Positions 9,596 through 18,270 of a DNA stretch of 64,000 bases are shown here, in pieces. The position numbers were made by a program, and so were the translations under genes. The stretch comes from Acutalibacteraceae bacterium (lineage in GTDB: Bacteria; Bacillota; Clostridia; Oscillospirales; Acutalibacteraceae). The notes beneath the pieces were generated by a model. It worked only from the letters and a program-made list of their open reading frames with translations, was not told the origin of the DNA and searched no databases. The stretch spans positions 63,398 to 127,397 of the forward strand of contig JAZNCO010000099.1 of assembly GCA_045587645.1 (NCBI GenBank), given 5' to 3'. The first letter of the stretch is position 1. The number at the start of each line of letters is the position of its first letter.

Positions 9596-9623
9596 ATTTT
9601 ACTTTAAATTCACCGTTTGTCAA
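9596..9623 (-). promoter_or_regulatory. Sigma-A type promoter for the DUF1292-mazF pair
   Basis: Minus strand reads TTGACA (9623-9618), a 16-nt spacer, then TAAAAT (9601-9596). It lies immediately downstream of the spoIIIAH stop. Confidence 0.5.
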
Positions 9624-9628
9624 GTTTG

Positions 9629-10168
9629 TTATGCACCCGTAATTCTTATATTTTCAACATTTTCACAATTTGCATAAACAATATCACTGATTGCAAGAAC
9701 AGATTCATCATTCAGAATTTCATCTTCAACGATAATCTCTATAGCAGTTTCTTCAATTTTACAGATGCAATTGCTGTTCACTTTGGCTGTTATCAGGCTT
9801 TCCACTTCATTCTCAAGCAAAATAGATGAGTTCAGTGCGCTTAACTCAAGAACGGCAGCAACGGCAGCTTCAGATGACGGATCACACGAATCAATTACAG
9901 TCTGCAGTGTTTCAACTGCTTCATCCCGAGCAGTTGTACGATCCAGCTTGGCGGCAGCAAAATATTCATCGGCATTCAGTTCAGCCGTATTATCAACAAA
10001 TTCCGCAACCCCTTGAATTTCCTGTTGAGAAGATTCATTTGCAGAAACCTTTTCTCCGTCAAGCATGCTGTCATTACCGGTGTAATACCAATTGACAAAC
10101 ACAGCAAGCCCAAGCGCTGCCACAAGTGTCGCCATAACAATTTGCTTTTTGCCGATAATCAAATTCAT
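9629..10168 (-). CDS. spoIIIAH: Stage III sporulation protein AH
   Basis: Last gene of the spoIIIA cluster. It has an N-terminal TM helix (IVMATLVAALGLAVFVNWYY) followed by a soluble domain. The ATG at 10168 is preceded by GGAGG. Confidence 0.75.
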   Translation of the reverse strand: MNLIIGKKQIVMATLVAALGLAVFVNWYYTGNDSMLDGEKVSANESSQQEIQGVAEFVDNTAELNADEYFAAAKLDRTTARDEAVETLQTVIDSCDPSSEAAVAAVLELSALNSSILLENEVESLITAKVNSNCICKIEETAIEIIVEDEILNDESVLAISDIVYANCENVENIRITGA

Positions 10169-10190
10169 AATAATATCCTCCGAATCAATT

Positions 10191-10706
10191 TTATTTTTTA
10201 ACCGTTTGTGGTGATACATGCACTCTGTTGGCAGAAATCCCCAATGAAGCTGTCAACAAAGCTGTTATTTCATTTCTTACTTTTGCACTTGCACCACCCT
10301 CACAGGACACCGCAACACCACGAATCTGCGGTGCGCGTATACAAATCGGAAGTCCGGCTTCACTTCCGTCTGCATTTTTAATGATTACATACTCTGCAGT
10401 CATCTCATTATCGTCGATTTCGTCATTTGTGGCATACGCGGTTTCGGCAAGCTGATCAAATATTATGCAGACCTCAACCTTACCAACTCCGTCCACGGTT
10501 TTCAGAAAATCTTCCATTCTTTGCTCAAGCTCCTCTTCCATTACAAGCAATTCCGTTGCAGCTTCATTTGTTTTTTCATCTGTTTTGCCGAAGATCTCGC
10601 CACCGCACAACACCATCAAAACAAAAACAGCTATACATAGTATGCATATTTGTTTTTTATTATTTTTATTCATCGAAGTCAGCATTGTCATAAGCCTATT
10701 CAACAT
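10191..10706 (-). CDS. spoIIIAG: Stage III sporulation protein AG
   Basis: Its position in the operon, its N-terminal TM helix and the C-terminal region GVAVSCEGG...V...I..A......GI....V.V are typical of SpoIIIAG. The exact start among several Met codons is uncertain. Confidence 0.75.
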   Translation of the reverse strand: MLNRLMTMLTSMNKNNKKQICILCIAVFVLMVLCGGEIFGKTDEKTNEAATELLVMEEELEQRMEDFLKTVDGVGKVEVCIIFDQLAETAYATNDEIDDNEMTAEYVIIKNADGSEAGLPICIRAPQIRGVAVSCEGGASAKVRNEITALLTASLGISANRVHVSPQTVKK

Positions 10707-11190
10707 TATTTTTCACCTCCTGCCTGATAATAATTTCGCAGGTAGGAAAATAACTTTCCAGAGCATTTTGCAATTCTGACAGATTTTCAGTTTCAGATAA
10801 AAGCATGATTCGAATCTGTTTTATATGTATGCAGTTGTCAGACAGAATATCCGTTTCCGCTTTAATTTCATATTCACCGGAATAATACATATTCAGAATT
10901 GCTTCCGATTGCGCACAAACAACAGCTTCGGTTTCAGTTATCAACAGACTGTAATCGATGCTGCTGCGCACGTCCAACACTTTCTCATCAGGTGAAAAAA
11001 TATCGTCAGGAAGCATATCAATAGAGAAATCAGAATAACTAAGCGGCAAGAATATAAGACTCAGTAAAACAAAACGCAAAACTGTCTTTACTGTGCCGGA
11101 TATTCGGTCGTGTGGTAAAAACAGATACAGAACGCTGCTTGCAATTGTGAAAGCACAAACACTGAACAACCACTCTTTCAAATTATCCAT
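10696..11190 (-). CDS. spoIIIAF: Stage III sporulation protein AF
   Basis: Called from operon position and two N-terminal TM helices. Length is 164 aa. Confidence 0.7.
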   Translation of the reverse strand: MDNLKEWLFSVCAFTIASSVLYLFLPHDRISGTVKTVLRFVLLSLIFLPLSYSDFSIDMLPDDIFSPDEKVLDVRSSIDYSLLITETEAVVCAQSEAILNMYYSGEYEIKAETDILSDNCIHIKQIRIMLLSETENLSELQNALESYFPTCEIIIRQEVKNNVE

Positions 11191-11194
11191 GTCT

Positions 11195-12292
11195 TTACCC
11201 CATTCCTGATATCATTATCAGCAAGCTGACGGCAATAATATATAAGAAAACCTGAAAAATCAAAACAGCTCCCATGATTGAAAAGATGCTTTCAAATGCT
11301 GCAATCAGTTTGCAATCATTGTCCCTGCCGAGTAATCCAGCAACCGCATTGAGAAGCTTCAATGCAATACTCCACATCAATAGTTCAATCAGCGTTGGCA
11401 GATTTATAAAAACAAGGATCATGATTGCCATAATGCCGATCGTTGATTTTAACAGAGAGATGCCTGTAATCACGGAGTTCAGCGCATCTGCCAAAGCACC
11501 GCCGACAACGGGAACAGCATTTCCAACAATAAATTTTGCCCCCTTGATTGCTACAGAATCTGCACAACCTGCTATAACAGATTTGACTGAAAGCAATGCT
11601 GAAAACAAGACCGAAGCCAAGGAAAGCAGCATCGTATAACCCTTTTTTATTAATTCGGCAAGCTTTTCCGTATTGGCTATGGCTGAAACACATCCGCATA
11701 CCGACAAGGATGTATATACAGAACAGACACCGGGCAGGCTGCTGTTGAATAATGAAGTCAACCCCTGCGCTGCGGAAAAACAAAACGACTGAAAGCACAA
11801 TGCAAGTGTCGGTTTGCCCGCAACACTTACAATGCTTGCCAAAACAGGGATCAGCACTTTTGTGAAATCACTTGTTCCGTTTCCTGCACTCAATACGGAA
11901 GACACACAATCTGCAATTGAAACAAAAAGTGAAAAAGCCAATATAACTGTCCCGATTGCCGCAATCATTTCATGCACCGAATCATCGGCAGATGCAAGAG
12001 ATTGTATAACAGTCAATACAATCAACAACAAAAAGGTGCGCAATATCGCAGACAGAGGTTCCGTCATCTCGTTTCTGCACATTGCAAGAAACTGTCGGAC
12101 AATGTTGTCAAAATTCATATTCAGAATTTCTTCATAAGTGCCGTTTTCAAGACCGAAATTTTCAAGCAAATCCTTCGTTTCAGATCCAACATCATCAAGC
12201 AGATTTTCATAATACATTTCTGATGTTCGGGATGCGCAAACAGGCACTGAGAAAAAGATAAACAGAAGAAAAATAATTCCTAATTTTTTCAC
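11195..12292 (-). CDS. spoIIIAE: Stage III sporulation protein AE (polytopic membrane protein)
   Basis: Signal-like N-terminus and multiple TM segments. Position and size fit SpoIIIAE. Confidence 0.8.
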   Translation of the reverse strand: MKKLGIIFLLFIFFSVPVCASRTSEMYYENLLDDVGSETKDLLENFGLENGTYEEILNMNFDNIVRQFLAMCRNEMTEPLSAILRTFLLLIVLTVIQSLASADDSVHEMIAAIGTVILAFSLFVSIADCVSSVLSAGNGTSDFTKVLIPVLASIVSVAGKPTLALCFQSFCFSAAQGLTSLFNSSLPGVCSVYTSLSVCGCVSAIANTEKLAELIKKGYTMLLSLASVLFSALLSVKSVIAGCADSVAIKGAKFIVGNAVPVVGGALADALNSVITGISLLKSTIGIMAIMILVFINLPTLIELLMWSIALKLLNAVAGLLGRDNDCKLIAAFESIFSIMGAVLIFQVFLYIIAVSLLIMISGMG

Positions 12293-12681
12293 AGCAGCTT
12301 CTCCACAAATGCGGCTATTACGCCGTACAGCGCCTTAAAAACAGGCATTGCATTGATTAGAATAAGTACTTTTGCACTCAATTCGAATTTTACTGCAAGT
12401 GCTTGCTCTCCGGCATCTTTACAAAGTTCACACACAAGACGGGAAACTATGGCAATTCCGCAGATTTTGACCAATAATTCAGAAAAATCAAAATCAATTT
12501 TCACAACATCCGATATTTCAGAAAACAGATTTATCAGTTCTTCCATGTACGGCAGAATAAAAAGCAATAATCCTGCCGTTGTGCAAACCTCTAATACAAA
12601 AGCAAAATCTGCTCTGTCTTTTTTCAGTAACACAAATGCGATTGCTGCAATCAGCGCAATGCCGGCAATTTTCAGTATCAA
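12289..12681 (-). CDS. spoIIIAD: Stage III sporulation protein AD
   Basis: 130-aa membrane protein whose coding region overlaps both AC and AE. Confidence 0.75.
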   Translation of the reverse strand: MILKIAGIALIAAIAFVLLKKDRADFAFVLEVCTTAGLLLFILPYMEELINLFSEISDVVKIDFDFSELLVKICGIAIVSRLVCELCKDAGEQALAVKFELSAKVLILINAMPVFKALYGVIAAFVEKLL

Positions 12682-12872
12682 AGATCAAACACCGACCTTA
12701 TATATGAAAACAAGGTAGAAACATACGGCAAAATCATCATCAGTGCAATAATAAGCCCTGCGATCGTAGTGATCATTGTATATTCATCTCTGCCGCTTCG
12801 TGAAAGAATCTGATTCAGAACAGCAACAATTATGCCGACAGCTGCTATTTTAAAAATAACATCAATTTCCAT
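12678..12872 (-). CDS. spoIIIAC: Stage III sporulation protein AC
   Basis: 64-aa protein with two TM helices, in the canonical operon position. Confidence 0.75.
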   Translation of the reverse strand: MEIDVIFKIAAVGIIVAVLNQILSRSGRDEYTMITTIAGLIIALMMILPYVSTLFSYIRSVFDL

Positions 12873-12891
12873 TTAAAACTCCTGCAGATTA

Positions 12892-13392
12892 CTATTGCAT
12901 TAAAATTAACACCAGAGCACCGAAAAGCAAGCTACCTGATAAATACAATTTTCCGTTTTTGGCAAGATTGCTTTTTCTCTTATTTATTGCATAATTGCAG
13001 AATTGCGCAAAACGTTTACAGATTTTTATCTGTTCATCAACAGAACCAAACCCGAAAGATTCTGCAAATGATAATAATTCAGTTTTTTCAACTACGGACA
13101 ATAAATCACTTGCGACGATATCAATTGCACTTCCCCATGCTTCACAAAATGTATCCCCCGATAAAAAACCGTTATAAACCATAGCACTGAAAGTCGGAAA
13201 TATATTTCTGTCACACAGTGCACAAAACAAAGTAATTGTATCCGGTGTGCTTCCGCTGAGTATAAAACTGATCTGTTCAAACAATTGTTTTAAGTTTTTT
13301 AAAAGCTCTATGCATTTGTATATCTTAATAAATTGAAGTAACGTCAAAGCACATGGTATACAACAGCACAACGGCAATATTAAACCTTGCAA
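12892..13392 (-). CDS. spoIIIAB: Stage III sporulation protein AB
   Basis: 166 aa, in the canonical position between AA and AC. Confidence 0.7.
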   Translation of the reverse strand: MQGLILPLCCCIPCALTLLQFIKIYKCIELLKNLKQLFEQISFILSGSTPDTITLFCALCDRNIFPTFSAMVYNGFLSGDTFCEAWGSAIDIVASDLLSVVEKTELLSFAESFGFGSVDEQIKICKRFAQFCNYAINKRKSNLAKNGKLYLSGSLLFGALVLILMQ

Positions 13393-14306
13393 GACTTCAT
13401 CTCCGCTGTATCAATATATTCTGTTATTCTGCCCGGCAAAGAAAATGAATCCAGAAAAACAAGACGTTCAAAAACCTTCTTTTCATAAAGACATGAAAAG
13501 CAATTTCTTTGAAACAGTTCAGAACGATTACCGGCATGCATGGAACAGATAAATTTTACGCCACTGTTAAGACTGTCGAGAATTGCCTTCGCCTCCGACA
13601 AGGTACCTATTTCATCACATATAATAACCTGCGGTGAGCATAAACGCAAAGCAGTGTTGATTCCTGATTCCTTTTTCAGTCCGGATATAACATCAACACA
13701 AGCTGCTTGTATCAAGCCATCAGGAAAAATCTCATTTCGTTCATCAATAACAGCCACCCTGTAAAAATCACCGCAGGTACCGTTTGAAAGATTCATTGCT
13801 ATACTCCGAAGAATGGTTGTTTTTCCGCTTGCCGGCGGTCCGACCAATAAAGCAGACAACAACTTGTCCGAAGAAAACAAAAAATCCGTGTTTGTTTTCA
13901 AATATCGCCCGATACGAAGCCTTACGGCTGTTACGGATGACAGATCGGCAGGTGCATCATGCACTGTTCCGAGTTTTCCGGTTATTGCCATGCGGCAACC
14001 ATTGCCGAGACTTATGTACCCGTTTATGATTTCATCTTTATGTGCGTACAGTGCATAACCGCATGCTCGCAAAACAGCTTCACGAATCTCATAAAATGAA
14101 ACCTGATATGCATTTTTCGGATTACAACGAAAGCATGTCCCCTGATTATCAACAAATCGGATTCCGTCGGTACAGATCAAATACAATGATTGTTGTGAAC
14201 GCAAGACTATTTCCATCGTTTTTTCTTTAAGCTCTTCCGGGATATTGAACAAGACTTCCCGTGTCTTTCTGTGCAGATAACTGCATGCTGCATTGAAAGC
14301 CTGCAT
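13380..14306 (-). CDS. spoIIIAA: Stage III sporulation protein AA (secretion-type ATPase)
   Basis: Walker A GPPASGKTTILR and Walker B VIICDEIG. First gene of the eight-gene cluster. Confidence 0.85.
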   Translation of the reverse strand: MQAFNAACSYLHRKTREVLFNIPEELKEKTMEIVLRSQQSLYLICTDGIRFVDNQGTCFRCNPKNAYQVSFYEIREAVLRACGYALYAHKDEIINGYISLGNGCRMAITGKLGTVHDAPADLSSVTAVRLRIGRYLKTNTDFLFSSDKLLSALLVGPPASGKTTILRSIAMNLSNGTCGDFYRVAVIDERNEIFPDGLIQAACVDVISGLKKESGINTALRLCSPQVIICDEIGTLSEAKAILDSLNSGVKFICSMHAGNRSELFQRNCFSCLYEKKVFERLVFLDSFSLPGRITEYIDTAEMKSCKV

Positions 14307-14331
14307 CAGACATCACCTCTTCTATGGTCAA

Positions 14332-14360
14332 TATATATGAGTGCCTGTCCCTGAATATGC
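14332..14360 (-). promoter_or_regulatory. Candidate sigma-E type promoter of the spoIIIA operon
   Basis: Minus strand reads GCATATT, a 14-nt spacer, then CATATATA. This resembles the sigma-E consensus (kmATATT / CATACAhT) and lies about 25 nt upstream of the spoIIIAA start. Confidence 0.45.
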
Positions 14361-14370
14361 AAAAAAAAGA

Positions 14371-14399
14371 TTGCAAACAATCAATACCTATGGTATATT
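14371..14399 (+). promoter_or_regulatory. Sigma-A type promoter for the YfhO-family gene
   Basis: TTGCAA (14371-14376), a 17-nt spacer, then TGgTATATT, an extended -10 (14391-14399). Confidence 0.5.
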
Positions 14400-14436
14400 T
14401 ATAATAATTTATTTCTAATATTTAGGAGTCGTTTTT

Positions 14437-17400
14437 ATGTTTTCAACACAGCAGACCGCTGAATCAAACAAAATCAGATCACCCTTGATGAAAAAACCTG
14501 CTTTCCGCTTGTCGGATGCTGCTTTTTTCGCATGGATTGCAGCAATACTTGCTGTTTTTGTATTGTATGTCGTCTACCTTTTGCAAATGCAGACCGTTGC
14601 CGGCGGTGACAATACTGTCATGCGCATGGATCTTTATCATCAATACGGGCCGCTTTATGCCGAACTGTATGATCGATTAACATCCGGAGAAAGTCTGGTC
14701 TACTCATGGAATTCCGGTCTGGGTAGCAGTTTTCTCGGCAATCTGTTTAATTATTGCTGCAGTCCGTTCACACTGTTGATTCTTGTATTCGGACACTACT
14801 ATATTCCCGAATCAATAGCCTTGATCATTTTGCTCAAAGCTGCTGCTGCGGCTTTTGCTTTTACATTTTTTGTAAACAAGATTTACGGCACCCGTAAGGC
14901 AAGTATTGCATTCGGCTTGTTATATGCATTCAGCGGATATTTTGTTGCTTATTCATGGAATGTGATGTGGTTGGATGCATTCCTTATGTTCCCGATCGTT
15001 ATGCTCGGAATTGCGTATATCATCCGAAAAGGAAAGCCTGCAGTTTATATTGCAGCGCTGACATACACCATGATTACCAATTATTATATGGCATACATGG
15101 TTTGTATTCTGAGCGTAATATACTTCCTCTATTATTATTTCAGTTATTTTAAATTCACTTCAAAGCTTAAAGAATTTTCTCAGGATGAACAACCGCAAAG
15201 CGGATATCTTGCCGAACTTCGCAACTCTCGCTTCATGGCTGCAGGATTCAAATTTGCATTCAGTTCAGTATTATCTTTCTTGTTGGCAGCATTTGCATTG
15301 CTGCCGGTTTACTACATTCTGACAGGCAGCTCTGCGACCAATTCATCAGGCGCACCTGATTTTTCTGCATGGAATGAATATTTCAACATTTTTGACTTCC
15401 TTGTAAATCACCTTGCTAATCTTGAGCCGACCATCCGTAGCAGCGGTGATGATATTCTGCCGAACATTTATTGCGGTATTATGACACTGTTCCTTGTACC
15501 GGCATTCATTTTCAGCAAAAAGATAAGCAAAAGGAGAAAGGCATTGACCTGCGGTCTGCTTATATTCTTCTATGCAAGCTTCGTTCTGAACTTTTTGAAT
15601 TACTTCTGGCATGGCATGCACTATCCGAATGACCTGCCTTACCGCTATTCCTTTGCTTATTCTTTTATTTTGCTTTCACTTTCTTATGAAGCATTCCTGC
15701 ATATCAAAGAGCATTCAGAGAAATTCTTCATCGGTACCGGTGTTGCACTACTGGCATTTATTGTTCTCGTGCAGGAGCTTGGCTCTAAAAATATCGGCGA
15801 ATATACCCTTATGGTCAACATAGCTTTTGTAATTGTTTTTACTGCTGTGCTGACATTGATTGCTGCAGGCAGATTCAAAAAAGATACTGTTTCCATGTTG
15901 CTTGTTTGCCTGATACTCTGCGAATTGACAGTTGCAAACACTGCTAATTATGTTATGTCGCAGCCCAAGGATTCTTACGCTGGTGACTATTATGATTTTC
16001 AGGACATTTCGGCAACAATAGATGCTTATGAATCTGAAAATGATAATGAATTATTCTTCCGCGAAGAACGCTCAAGATTGCTGACACGAATGGACGCCAG
16101 CTGGCTGGATTACAACGGAATCTCCATTTTCTCCTCCATGGCCTATGAAACAACATCCAAACTGCACAGACAGTTCGGCTTATTCAGCAACGGTATCAAC
16201 AGCTACACATACAATCCGCAGACAGCTGTATACAATACCATGTTCGGCTTGAAATATATCTATGATAAAAATGACCTTCTTCAGGAAGGTGCCATGTATT
16301 CATATGTAACAAGCAATGATACATTCGATGCATATGAATACAACTATTATCTACCCCTTGCTTTTTCGGTCAATAATGACATGAGCACATGGGCTGATTA
16401 CGGCGGCACGGATCCGTTTGTAAATCAGAACCGATTCTTTGAGCTGGCCACAGGAATAACGGATGTACTTGAAAGTGTTGTCCCTGATTCTGAAATATCT
16501 GTTACCGGAGGGCTTACTGCAAGTGCAGATAACCTTGCAAACGGCAGCTTCCGTTTTGATTCTTCATCGAGCGAAGGCACTGCTACCATAACATTCATTG
16601 CTAAAACCGCCGGTGAATATTGCTTCTATTTCAAATCCCCAAATTGTCTTGGTTATAATATCAGTGCAGACAACGGAATCCAGACCTCAACCCGCTATGC
16701 AAGCGGTTCTACTGTATATTTTTCTCTGAATGTGGGTTATCTTGCAGAAGGCCAAAGTGCAAGAATCGCACTCACCTATCCTGCAAATGTCAGCGGAACC
16801 GCATATATGTATGGTGTGCGACTGGATGAGGATAAGTTTGCAGAAGGTTATAACAAAATTCTCACAAACGGAATGCTCAACATTACACGCTTTGACGAAA
16901 CGTATATTGAAGGTACTATAAATGTTACCAATGAAGATGCACTTCTTTATACATCCATCCCTTATGACAAGAGCTGGAAGATCAAAATTGACGGTGTTGA
17001 GGTTGCTGATGAAGATATAACACCTATCGCAGATGCACTGCTTGCTGTCAAGATCGATCAGGGTGAACACATTGTCACACTCAGCTATGAGGCACGCGGA
17101 CTGAAGGTTGGCATCGCTCTGTCGCTCGCAGGAGTGATGATCGTACTGATTCTTTTACTGACCTCACTGATATCCAAAAAGTGTTCATCCGGTTCCGCTG
17201 CTTTGCCGTCATTCTTTATGCCTGCAGATGATGCAACCATGCATACATTTGAAGACACAACTCCCGATGATGAGGAGTCAATGATTGACATCTTCAAGCC
17301 CAGAACAGTCTTATGGAGAATCTGTGCCTGCTATCTGACACTTGGTATCTACTATTTTGCTTGGAAATACACAGTATTCAACGATATGGATCGCTTTGCA

Positions 17401-18069
17401 AAACAATATGACAAGCGGAAAGAAGTCAATCCCCTTCTATTCTTATTCATTCCGGTCTATGCTCCCTTCTGGATTGCAATCAGATCAGTTCGTATTGCAA
17501 AAACTGCAAAAGAATATGGCATTGAAATTGAAGTAAGCTTTGCATGGCGCTTCCTGCTCGGCTTGTTGGGCGGCGGCTTCTTTGCACTTGCCGAATTGCA
17601 GGATGACCTCAATTTCTTCTATGCGCATATTGAAGAAGCAAAACAACAAACTGCAAATCATAAAGCAGAGATTGCTTCTCCTCATCTGACAGAGCTATCA
17701 ACAGATGATGAACAGACAGATGCTGAATCCGAAATTACAGAAAAGACAGAATGTGCAGAACAGAATGTCAATGTATCAAAAGATACGTGCAAAGAAACTC
17801 CCGTATGGTTTACAAAGAAATCGGACTTCTTTGCAAAAATAATCAGTATCGGTGTTGTATTTTTCTTCATTCTTGCTGCATATCTTGGTCTTGCTTTAGG
17901 TATACAAAAGTGGAAGCAGGATAATGCACCGATTGTTGAAACAACGCAAGAAACGGTCACCTATGCAACAACCACCACATTGATTACCGTTCCCGATACA
18001 AATGCAACGGATGCATCATCTGACAGTATCTCGCTGCCTGCAACCGATACCACAAATTCCCTCGGTTAA
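14437..18069 (+). CDS. YfhO-family polytopic membrane protein (putative glycosyltransferase) with a C-terminal DUF4234-like extension
   Basis: 1210 aa with many TM helices and YfhO-like N-terminal and beta-rich extracytoplasmic parts. The extra tail carries a TLGIYYFAWKY motif plus a final TM helix and a Thr-rich end. Confidence 0.7.
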   Translation: MFSTQQTAESNKIRSPLMKKPAFRLSDAAFFAWIAAILAVFVLYVVYLLQMQTVAGGDNTVMRMDLYHQYGPLYAELYDRLTSGESLVYSWNSGLGSSFLGNLFNYCCSPFTLLILVFGHYYIPESIALIILLKAAAAAFAFTFFVNKIYGTRKASIAFGLLYAFSGYFVAYSWNVMWLDAFLMFPIVMLGIAYIIRKGKPAVYIAALTYTMITNYYMAYMVCILSVIYFLYYYFSYFKFTSKLKEFSQDEQPQSGYLAELRNSRFMAAGFKFAFSSVLSFLLAAFALLPVYYILTGSSATNSSGAPDFSAWNEYFNIFDFLVNHLANLEPTIRSSGDDILPNIYCGIMTLFLVPAFIFSKKISKRRKALTCGLLIFFYASFVLNFLNYFWHGMHYPNDLPYRYSFAYSFILLSLSYEAFLHIKEHSEKFFIGTGVALLAFIVLVQELGSKNIGEYTLMVNIAFVIVFTAVLTLIAAGRFKKDTVSMLLVCLILCELTVANTANYVMSQPKDSYAGDYYDFQDISATIDAYESENDNELFFREERSRLLTRMDASWLDYNGISIFSSMAYETTSKLHRQFGLFSNGINSYTYNPQTAVYNTMFGLKYIYDKNDLLQEGAMYSYVTSNDTFDAYEYNYYLPLAFSVNNDMSTWADYGGTDPFVNQNRFFELATGITDVLESVVPDSEISVTGGLTASADNLANGSFRFDSSSSEGTATITFIAKTAGEYCFYFKSPNCLGYNISADNGIQTSTRYASGSTVYFSLNVGYLAEGQSARIALTYPANVSGTAYMYGVRLDEDKFAEGYNKILTNGMLNITRFDETYIEGTINVTNEDALLYTSIPYDKSWKIKIDGVEVADEDITPIADALLAVKIDQGEHIVTLSYEARGLKVGIALSLAGVMIVLILLLTSLISKKCSSGSAALPSFFMPADDATMHTFEDTTPDDEESMIDIFKPRTVLWRICACYLTLGIYYFAWKYTVFNDMDRFAKQYDKRKEVNPLLFLFIPVYAPFWIAIRSVRIAKTAKEYGIEIEVSFAWRFLLGLLGGGFFALAELQDDLNFFYAHIEEAKQQTANHKAEIASPHLTELSTDDEQTDAESEITEKTECAEQNVNVSKDTCKETPVWFTKKSDFFAKIISIGVVFFFILAAYLGLALGIQKWKQDNAPIVETTQETVTYATTTTLITVPDTNATDASSDSISLPATDTTNSLG

Positions 18070-18087
18070 TCCATGAATCAAGAAAAG

Positions 18088-18128
18088 CCTGTCGATTGAC
18101 AAATGATCGATCGACAGACTTTTTTTTG
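18088..18128 (+). terminator. Rho-independent terminator
   Basis: Stem CTGTCGAT...ATCGACAG followed by a run of 8 T. Confidence 0.65.
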
Positions 18129-18270
18129 TATAAAAAAACCATCCACACACAGAAACCATATCTGCATGAGGATGGAGGCGAATAAAGGTTTAATAAGCAA
18201 ACGCAATCAAAATATCTTCATTCGCTGTAAACAGTATATACCATAATTACGCGATATATACATTATAATT

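Noticed and set aside
18130-18180. Hairpin CCATCC...GGATGG as a terminator for parC
   Set aside because: The stem is only 6 bp with a loop of about 25 nt, and it lies about 90 nt from the stop codon. That is too weak to call, although a T-run follows on the minus strand.
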